A stretch of 20,000 nt of DNA, taken from assembly GCA_039621445.1 (NCBI GenBank), contig CP154954.1, positions 32,378,420 through 32,398,419 on the forward strand, read 5' to 3'. This document shows positions 10,341 through 17,590 of the stretch, piece after piece (the stretch's first letter is position 1; each line of letters begins with the position of its first letter). This DNA comes from Euglena gracilis. Lineage: Eukaryota. The position numbers were made by a program, and so were the translations under genes. The notes beneath the pieces were generated by a model. It was not told the DNA's origin. It ran no database searches and saw only the letters and a list, made by a program, of their open reading frames with translations.

Positions 10341-10354
10341 CCTCACCTGCCTTT
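10341..10354 (-). promoter_or_regulatory. Polypurine tract (plus-strand primer), AAAGGCAGGTGAGG
   Basis: 12 of 14 nt are purines and the tract abuts the LTR's TG. It contains the TGA stop of the last ORF. Confidence 0.7.
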
Positions 10355-12574
10355 ATCGGCTGGGCGTTCGCGCACCTCACGCCAGTAGTCGTGTTGGGGG
10401 TCCCCTAATGGGTCCTCAACCAACTCCAGTTGGCGTGGGGAACGCGGCGGAGCTGATTCACTCCGAATGGTGTTGAGCTCCGGATCGTTGACATCAAAGG
10501 AAGGGGTCTCCCAGTCCTTGATCCAATTATCCGGCAGCTTCTCCCTGGTACGTTCAGCATGATGCTGAAGATAACGTTGGAGTTGCTCCCAGAAAATTCT
10601 GGGCAGCATCACCGGCCAGATGATGTAATTCATCCGGGGGTGATTCGCAGGCACCTGCGGGGGCATCCCCGGGGTCTGCTTGAAGTTGATGTCATACATC
10701 CACCTCGCTGTCCGAGCTCTTGCGGTATGGGGCCGTAATACAGCCGCCAACCAACCTCTGAAGTCCACCAAATCGTGTTCTTCAGGAGGCCACAGTGGCA
10801 AGGCGTATCCGCCATGCTGACGCTTGGAGAACAGGGGGTAAACCTGTGTCTCCCAGTCGCCATCAGTCCAGAGGTAAGGCATTCTTACCTTGGCGTGTTC
10901 CTCGACGGCGAGGCGCATTGCCCCAGCGTCGATCTGGAACTCACGGGCCATTCCCGTGTGGCGGTAGCTTTCTACCTTTCGGAAGTCGGAGTGCTTCAGG
11001 CGGCCTTCCACCTGCTTGTACTCCTTCTTCCACTTCTCCAATGTCTCCCAGTGCTGGGGGACAATGGTGGCGACTGCTCCATCAGCAGTCTGCACGAACT
11101 TGCCTCCTATACAGTTGATGCACAAGGCAGGGATATCCCTGTCGTGAGCATTCTCACTGTAGGAGTAGTTCAAGCTGTGCTTCCAGGCATTCAGGCACTC
11201 GCCACATACGAGCGCCACACAGTTCGGCACATATGCCCTGTGGTGGAACCACGAGGATTGCACCTGCCGCTTGCACACATGCACAAGCGGTTGGTTGTGC
11301 CGCACATGGTGGCACACGGTGCACGTCCAGGCAAAGGACGTGCCGTGCTGGAAATCCAACACGCAGTCCTCGCCAAAGTACTGTGCCAGTACTCTGGGTG
11401 AGCGCCTGTTCCAGAATGTCCAGGTATGTTCCGGGACATAGTGGAAAGGTTCTCCGCGGACGAAGAGGGGCTGAATCCATCGATTCAGTGACCCTGTCTG
11501 GTGCCTAATAGCAGCCAGTTTCTTCGTCCTCTCTTCCACGGTACCTAGTCTGGTCAGGATATCCTGGGTCCAGAGCTGGGCATCCGCAGACACAGGAGGT
11601 GAAGCAGGTTCATCCTGCTCCTCATCCGTCGATCCGGCGGAAGACTGGGCCTGTCGACCACGAGCCTTACCTTTCGGTTTGCTCTGGCCGTACCCGGACG
11701 ATGCAACGGCCGAATAGTCGTGCATTGTCGTTTGGCCTTTCGGCTGTCCGCCAGTCTGACCTCCAGCGCCACCTTTCGGTGGTGGTTTCCCATCACCGCC
11801 TTTGGAAGGGGGCTTACAGGGTGCAGCACCCGGTTTGCCTCCTTTCGGCTTCGCACTCCCGGAATCAGGAGGCGACGCCTGCGGCTTACTCCTGGTATCA
11901 GGAGCCGATGGTGCCGGAGTAGACGTTTGCCGTCTGGGCGAAGCGGGCATACTGACCGCTGGGTCCCGCATGACGCTCCGAGGGGTTGGCACTCGTTCCT
12001 GGGGTTGTTCAGCCGGCCGTCGCCGAACAGGTTCATCCTGTCCGACGAAGCGTGGCACTGTGGTCGTCACCGGAATCGGTGCTTCCACAGGCGCTGGCGC
12101 TCCCAGAAACTCTGCCATTGTCCTCGGGACGGCAGGGACCCTGCGCGGTGTCGGTGGTCGTGGGGGTATCTCCTCCACTTCCATTTCGACATCTGGTCTA
12201 GGAGGTTGATCCTCCACAACCGCTGGCGCAGGTGCTACGGGAGGTTGATCCTCCGCTGTAGCGTGTGCGACAGATGGCTCTGTCGCCTGGGGTTCATCCC
12301 CTGATGGTGGTTGCACTGCTGCCGGAGATGGGGGTGCGGGGACACCAACATCTGGTGTCTCCACGACCTCGGCGGCGGAGCTTGATGCTACGCCTCCACC
12401 TCGTGGCGTTAGTGCAGCAGCCACGGCAGTAATGCCAGTGACCACGGCGCCGAGCACACGGCCTCCTAACGAGGTGCGTGCTGTGGGGCTGGCAGGATCT
12501 TCGAGGATATCCTCGACGACCATACCAGTCACCTCGGCTGGGGGCTCAGCCGTCGGGACAGGCGTTGCAGCCAC
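10343..12574 (-). CDS. Retrotransposon-borne orphan protein, C-terminal part (743 aa): long Pro/Ala-rich disordered region, RING-like Cys cluster, globular tail
   Basis: Long ORF ending inside the PPT. CTVC...HVC...CVALVCGEC...CINC at 11111-11323. Confidence 0.78.
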   Translation of the reverse strand: MAATPVPTAEPPAEVTGMVVEDILEDPASPTARTSLGGRVLGAVVTGITAVAAALTPRGGGVASSSAAEVVETPDVGVPAPPSPAAVQPPSGDEPQATEPSVAHATAEDQPPVAPAPAVVEDQPPRPDVEMEVEEIPPRPPTPRRVPAVPRTMAEFLGAPAPVEAPIPVTTTVPRFVGQDEPVRRRPAEQPQERVPTPRSVMRDPAVSMPASPRRQTSTPAPSAPDTRSKPQASPPDSGSAKPKGGKPGAAPCKPPSKGGDGKPPPKGGAGGQTGGQPKGQTTMHDYSAVASSGYGQSKPKGKARGRQAQSSAGSTDEEQDEPASPPVSADAQLWTQDILTRLGTVEERTKKLAAIRHQTGSLNRWIQPLFVRGEPFHYVPEHTWTFWNRRSPRVLAQYFGEDCVLDFQHGTSFAWTCTVCHHVRHNQPLVHVCKRQVQSSWFHHRAYVPNCVALVCGECLNAWKHSLNYSYSENAHDRDIPALCINCIGGKFVQTADGAVATIVPQHWETLEKWKKEYKQVEGRLKHSDFRKVESYRHTGMAREFQIDAGAMRLAVEEHAKVRMPYLWTDGDWETQVYPLFSKRQHGGYALPLWPPEEHDLVDFRGWLAAVLRPHTARARTARWMYDINFKQTPGMPPQVPANHPRMNYIIWPVMLPRIFWEQLQRYLQHHAERTREKLPDNWIKDWETPSFDVNDPELNTIRSESAPPRSPRQLELVEDPLGDPQHDYWREVRERPADKGR

Positions 12575-14142
12575 AGGTATATCCCCTGCAGGTGCTTCGT
12601 CTGGCCTAGGCTGTGCCAGAGTAGCACGTTCTCACCTACCTCCTCAGGTAGTTCCTGGTCTCCACCTACCGGTGGACAGACGGAAGCCGCCGCGGGAGCC
12701 GGGGAAACCGATCGTTCCCCTGCCGCTCGCGGGGCAGAGACGAAGGATACAGCCGTTCCTGTCGGAGACGGCGGCGTTGCCTCCAGTATGGTGACGGAGG
12801 GGCTGCGGTCGCGTTCCTCCCGCCGCGGAATCGCAGTGGTGGAAGCGACTGACGCCTCACGTCTCCTTCGCGCCAGAGGTTCATCCTCTGGGGCGATGAA
12901 GGCGCGCAGATCCTCGGGCGAACGAGGATCGTCGGGGTGCCATCGGCATCCCTGGGCATCCGCCAGCCTGTAAAAGGCCAGCGTACTGCTACTGGCGCTG
13001 TTGGGCCAGGGTGGCGGCCATGATGGCTGCACCCAGGCGTTGGCAGGCCTGTTCGGGCCCAGGAAGCCGCGGTAACGCGTGTCCTCCCAGACCTCGAAAA
13101 AGCCCTCCTCGAACTCCTGAACGCATGCCAGAATCGGCATACGCTGGTCGAGGATGGCCTTCGGGTGAGACATCAGCGGAAGGAATACCTCCCGGTCGAG
13201 GGTACCGCCAAACTGTCGCCGCAAATGTTCCTCCAGGCTGATATCAGCCAGGTGCCAGTTGGGGCGCAGGTGGCCGAGAATCCGACGACGAGGACCCTCG
13301 ATGGCGTCACCGTAATCCGGTGGCAGGCTTTCCATACCAGGCCTATCGTCCTGGGGGTCACGGAGATGTATATACACCTCCATGACATAGGTGGTCCAGG
13401 CTCGCCACCAGAACTGCTGCAGCATAAAAATACGCTGCTTGTGGACGCGGCGACTTTTGCCCTGGACATCCGGGGCGTCGCGGCACACATGCATAAGCAT
13501 GCGGCGTCCCATCTCCAGGCCCGGGTTATCCCGAGGCGGTGGAGGACTTCCGCGCACGCCGAATCCCCAGAAGTCGACAGGAAATTCCTGCCGGCAGTAC
13601 TTACAACAGAGGTCATACCTCTGCGGGTAAGCCAGGGAAACAGGCCTAACGCGGAAGGTGGAGCCGTAACGGCTCACCAGCCATACCTGAAGGTTGTTGC
13701 ACCACAACACCTCGATCAGGCGTTCGATGTCGGGGTGTAGTGGGTAGAATTCCCACTGCACGCCGAGGGGTCCGACTGTATGAATACAGTCGAAGACTGC
13801 CTTCAGCCTTCGGGCCAACACACGCTGGTCCCGAAAACCCAACTGGTGCAGGTAACTGCGACCAGTGGAATCGCTGAAGAGACCCCAGTTCTGGCAGGGG
13901 TATCCCAGCCAAAACCAGAGTTCCCAGAAACCCGGCTGGGCATCCAGCAAGGGTCTGCCACCTTCACCTTCGAAGGCGTACAGATCTATTCCGTAATGGA
14001 ATAGTCTGACTCGGTTCTCGGTGTGGCGTAATACCACATCGATGACTGCTTGTGGAGGAGTGACGGGGCGGTTTCCTGCAACATGGTAATCATGCTGCAT
14101 TCGCCAGCCTTCGTCCTCCAGCTCCTCCTTGAACCTGAGCAT
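12529..14142 (-). CDS. Retrotransposon-borne orphan protein, N-terminal part (537 aa; probably 5'-truncated and frameshift-linked to the next ORF)
   Basis: Long ORF with globular, W/F/Y-rich composition and a CKYC...MHVC possible C2HC finger. It ends in an A/P/S/E-rich tract. No family recognised. Confidence 0.75.
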   Translation of the reverse strand: MLRFKEELEDEGWRMQHDYHVAGNRPVTPPQAVIDVVLRHTENRVRLFHYGIDLYAFEGEGGRPLLDAQPGFWELWFWLGYPCQNWGLFSDSTGRSYLHQLGFRDQRVLARRLKAVFDCIHTVGPLGVQWEFYPLHPDIERLIEVLWCNNLQVWLVSRYGSTFRVRPVSLAYPQRYDLCCKYCRQEFPVDFWGFGVRGSPPPPRDNPGLEMGRRMLMHVCRDAPDVQGKSRRVHKQRIFMLQQFWWRAWTTYVMEVYIHLRDPQDDRPGMESLPPDYGDAIEGPRRRILGHLRPNWHLADISLEEHLRRQFGGTLDREVFLPLMSHPKAILDQRMPILACVQEFEEGFFEVWEDTRYRGFLGPNRPANAWVQPSWPPPWPNSASSSTLAFYRLADAQGCRWHPDDPRSPEDLRAFIAPEDEPLARRRREASVASTTAIPRREERDRSPSVTILEATPPSPTGTAVSFVSAPRAAGERSVSPAPAAASVCPPVGGDQELPEEVGENVLLWHSLGQTKHLQGIYLWLQRLSRRLSPQPR

Positions 14143-14146
14143 ATGC

Positions 14147-16552
14147 TCAAAGTCCGAGAGGATGATCCTCAGGAGTCCATTTCTTAATGGCCTCCATCTT
14201 ACTGGGTGTGGCTTTACGCTGCCCGTTGCTCAGGATGTGTCCGCAAAACTTAATAATCTTGCGAAACAGGTGCATTTTGGAACCCTTCACAAAAAGCACA
14301 TGCTTTTGGAACGCGGATAATACCGCGCGCACATCGCGATAATGCGGGTCGAGGATATCCTCGCCCGATTTCGCGGATGGCGGTTGGGTTCCCACCAGTA
14401 CATCATCGATGTACACCAGAGCAAACGGTAAATCGCGCAAAACCCACTGGATCATGCGTTGAAACATGGCTGGGCCATTCTTAACACCCATGGGGAGTAC
14501 CGTCCATTGGTACACACCCTTGGATGTCACGAATGCCGTGTACGGTTGCGAATCAGGATGCAAATGCATCTGATGGAAACCGTCTTCCAGATCAAAGATT
14601 GACCACAACCGGTTATCCGATTGTTTTGTGATCAAATCCTCGATCAGCGGTAACGGGAAGGGGTCATCCTTCGTTTGGGAGTTCAGGTACCGGTAATCCA
14701 GCACTAGTCTCCACTTCTTCTGACCAGACTGGTCAGCGGGTTTGGGCACCACAAAAGCTTGTGATGTCCACTCGCTCTTGGAAGGGATAATCCACTTCCG
14801 CTGGATGAGCTTCTCAATCATCTCGTTGAGAGCCTGTTCGCGTTCACCCGAACAACGGAAAAATTTCCGGTGCATGGGTTTAGCGCCATCCTTGAGCTCG
14901 ATTTTGCATACACCGAACGGACCGCGAATCGCGGGGTCGATGTCGCAGGCGTAAACTGGATTATCCAGTACACCATGAAATTCGCGAGTAATTCGCGAAC
15001 AATAGTCAGCAGACTTGGGGTGTTGGTCCGCACTCTCAATGACCGCAGAAATCTGCGTTGAGGGTGTGGCATCCCCATTGGTACCAAGGTATCTTGGCAC
15101 ACGCAAATCGGATATTCCGAATGCGTCAAAGAAACAAACGCGAAAAATGATTTCTTTAACAGGTGGTAATAATATACCACAAAAATCCTCAAATAGTGGT
15201 ACATCAGCGGGTAAATCCCACCAATGAAAACACACATGGGATAGTTGGTGAAACCAATCCGCATTCTGATTGACGGGTATGAGGAGAGCTCCTCGCGCTT
15301 CATCGCGGAGGATTTTCTCCACCACATCCGGGATAAGTTTTGGGGGAGGGTGCATCCATAGCACCGTATCACCCCAAAATTTTAGAAATGCGTTGGTATG
15401 TCGCGACCAATATCGCGACAAGCGCGCATGCGCTTTTGATGAAAACGCATCAATTTCCAATGACAAATCGAAGGAATCAGCCAAAACCGCGATTTTGGAG
15501 AACCATTCCTCCAAAATACGGTATTGACCAAAATTAAATGCATTCCATACACGCATCCCGTATGTGTCGACCTGCTTCGCGGGTTGAAGAGCGGTAACGC
15601 AATTCAAGGATCCGCAAACATAGGTCAAGGGTGTGTCATCCACACTCCCAAGGGGCATTCCCAAGGGTTGATGGGTTGGATGGGTACATACCCAGTCCAT
15701 ATCATGCCAGATGGAGGTGGGGGAGGTGTGTGACACGGATTTCGCGGTCCCAAACAACAAGGCAATACCTCGTTGTTGGAGCACTTGATGTACAGTCGCG
15801 CATTGCGATCCGCAACCAAGTGTATGGGTCCGCGAAATAGGGATTAGTGTTGGTGTTTGGACTAAACATCCACAATCGAAATCTGGCTGGGCGGAAATTC
15901 TCCTACAGTGCACACGTTGGAAGAAAGTGTCGGAGTAGTGGTCCTGGTCGCGCATGTTGGTCTGGTGGGGGTGTGTGTAAAAGTTGGGATGCGCTGTTGT
16001 AGCTGCTGGGGGGTGTACAGATGTATCTGAAAGCGATACATCTGGTGGAAAACGGGGTATTAGTGCAGCTGGGCGACTACTCGACACCGTAATTACTTCA
16101 GGCCTTTGGGCTTTCGTCTTGTAACCCAGTGGAACGAGGGGGGTACCGCTACTTGCTTGCCCTGCCTCGCGGGGAACGGAAGTTGGTGTGTCAACGGGCA
16201 GGGGGTGAACTTTCTCGGTACACCCGGTGTGGAAAACGTTGGTTGGTGTGGTTGGTAACGGGGTAAAAGTTTTCGAAAACGGTGTGGAAAAATTGGTGGC
16301 TATCGCGGTTGACGCCACAGGTGATGAGGGTTTGGGGGGCAATGAGGAGAATGGTGATGTGCGCAAACCGTGGGAGTGGCAATCCACTACCAGCCGGTGC
16401 TGACGTAAAAAGGGGTATCCCAGAATTACGTCAGAACCATGGATTCCGGATTCATATCCCCAGGTATCCGGAAAATTTTGCGGTTGGGGGGGGTGAGTGG
16501 TGCTTGGGGACGAGGGGTAGGACAATGTCCAAAAAGCATCCCAAGTCACCAC
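14147..16552 (-). CDS. pol: Pol polyprotein fragment: protease C-terminus, Pro/Thr and Cys/His-rich linker, MTase-like domain, reverse transcriptase; truncated before RNase H
   Basis: RT motifs WRLVLDYRYLN, PFPLPLIEDLI, IFDLEDGFHQM, TAFVT..GVYQWTVLPMGVKNGPAMFQR, YIDD (14402-14413) and KFCGHIL. The ORF stops shortly after EAIKKWTPE. Confidence 0.93.
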   Translation of the reverse strand: MVTWDAFWTLSYPSSPSTTHPPQPQNFPDTWGYESGIHGSDVILGYPFLRQHRLVVDCHSHGLRTSPFSSLPPKPSSPVASTAIATNFSTPFSKTFTPLPTTPTNVFHTGCTEKVHPLPVDTPTSVPREAGQASSGTPLVPLGYKTKAQRPEVITVSSSRPAALIPRFPPDVSLSDTSVHPPAATTAHPNFYTHPHQTNMRDQDHYSDTFFQRVHCRRISAQPDFDCGCLVQTPTLIPISRTHTLGCGSQCATVHQVLQQRGIALLFGTAKSVSHTSPTSIWHDMDWVCTHPTHQPLGMPLGSVDDTPLTYVCGSLNCVTALQPAKQVDTYGMRVWNAFNFGQYRILEEWFSKIAVLADSFDLSLEIDAFSSKAHARLSRYWSRHTNAFLKFWGDTVLWMHPPPKLIPDVVEKILRDEARGALLIPVNQNADWFHQLSHVCFHWWDLPADVPLFEDFCGILLPPVKEIIFRVCFFDAFGISDLRVPRYLGTNGDATPSTQISAVIESADQHPKSADYCSRITREFHGVLDNPVYACDIDPAIRGPFGVCKIELKDGAKPMHRKFFRCSGEREQALNEMIEKLIQRKWIIPSKSEWTSQAFVVPKPADQSGQKKWRLVLDYRYLNSQTKDDPFPLPLIEDLITKQSDNRLWSIFDLEDGFHQMHLHPDSQPYTAFVTSKGVYQWTVLPMGVKNGPAMFQRMIQWVLRDLPFALVYIDDVLVGTQPPSAKSGEDILDPHYRDVRAVLSAFQKHVLFVKGSKMHLFRKIIKFCGHILSNGQRKATPSKMEAIKKWTPEDHPLGL
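15115..15530 (-). other. Dam-like/DIRS-type DNA amino-methyltransferase-fold domain within Pol
   Basis: IDAFSSKAHARLSRYWS...NAFLKFWGDTVLWMHPPPKLIPDVVEKILRDEARGALLIPV....DWFHQL aligns by eye with the DIRS1 MT consensus D(L/A)FAS..N.....Y.S...DAF...W.....(N/F)PPF.LI..VL.KI......L..P.W....WF..L. Confidence 0.75.
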
Positions 16553-16817
16553 CGCACATGGGGGTGTTGTCAGCCGTCGTAATTTTGATCGGCTTCTTGG
16601 CTTTCACCAAGAGGGGGGTTGGTATCAACCCGAACCGAAAAAGTAGTGCAATGCGACAACCAGTGTCAATGAGAATTTTGACTTTTGTACAAAAATTTTG
16701 GATTTTGATTTCCGCTTGGACCAAAAGTTCCATGGGGGGTAAGCAAAGTGAAGGGTCTGGCGAAAATACGTTTTCTTGCCAGCTTTCCCATGAACCCTTT
16801 CCTACTTTGCACAACAT
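16390..16817 (-). CDS. pol: Retropepsin-like aspartic protease, split by a +1 frameshift at the G8 run 16486-16493
   Basis: KILIDTGC active site (DTG at 16659-16667) and flap-like IKITTADNTPM in ORF 16452-16817. The C-terminal DVILGYPFL motif (~16407-16432) is in the next frame. Confidence 0.85.
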
Positions 16818-16938
16818 TCCGAGCGGAAAGTTGGAGTGGGGGGTGGGGGACCCGAAAATTTTCCGGGTACCGACCAGAAAGGCAGATGGGCAGGGGGGGG
16901 GGGCAGGGTTGATTAGGTCCTACCTCCATCTGTTCATC

Positions 16939-16977
16939 AGCCCAGAGGTCCGTGCCCTCGGACCTCGGGCTCCCCTA
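16939..16977 (-). promoter_or_regulatory. Candidate gag-pol recoding signal: UAG-GGG followed by a 13-bp stem-loop
   Basis: Minus strand reads TAG GGG AGCCC GAGGTCCG agggca CGGACCTC t GGGCT, and the frame stays open after the TAG. Confidence 0.55.
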
Positions 16978-17590
16978 CTCCAGGTCCGAACCGGCCGAAT
17001 AGCCGGCTATGGGCCTTTTAGAGGTATAAACGGATTTCAACGTGCGCACCGCCATGCGGGCCTCGTCGAAATCGGTATCCGTGGTCTCATCCCCCTCCCT
17101 GCCCGAAGCCGGGGTGTCATCCTCCAAACAAGATATCTTGAAACCGACTTTATGGCGGTTGGAGGAGTGACCCTTGTCACCGCGATTCATACCGCGATGA
17201 CGTTGGCCAGGACGGGGAGGACGAGAACGCGGGCATTTGGATGAGTGGTGATCACTCGATCCACAAAGAGAAGACCGAGATTTGTGTCGCGATTCTAGGT
17301 AACGGGGGGATCGGTTTCCCGATTTCCCGTCAAACCGTCGTGGTGAGCGGGTATCCTGTCGACCATGACCGGTGTATCGGGGTTTTCGTGATGAGGATCG
17401 CGAAGAAGATGATCCGCTTCGCGAACGCGATCGCGATGTCTCGCGATGAGAATCACGCTTCTTGGCCGGGGCACCGGGTGACCTACCCCGAGGGGTACCG
17501 TGTTTCCGCTCATCGCGGAACGGGATCCGGGGGCTAATACCACCGGAACGGGGACGCGATGACCGTGAATTGCCCGATTGGTGTGATTGC
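16975..17590 (-). CDS. gag: Gag C-terminal continuation in the +1 frame: RS-rich tract, degenerate second knuckle, acidic tail ending in TAG
   Basis: Manual translation of the +1 frame gives QSHQSGNSRSSRPRS...ETSRSRSRSGSSSSRSSSRKPR...SSLCGSSDHHSSKCP...GSDLE*. It is open to 16975 and continues the S/R/G-rich sequence after knuckle 1. Confidence 0.7.

Noticed and set aside
10775-13740. Plus-strand ORFs of 190-208 aa opposite the orphan ORFs
   Set aside because: These are antisense shadows expected in GC-rich coding sequence.
10343-14142. Integrase, tyrosine recombinase or Env as the identity of the 3' ORFs
   Set aside because: No HHCC/DDE/GPY-F motifs, no R-HxxR-Y tetrad, and no signal peptide or transmembrane anchor are visible.
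16282-17244. 320-aa plus-strand ORF
   Set aside because: It is antisense to the gag tail and protease and has no motifs; best explained as a shadow frame.
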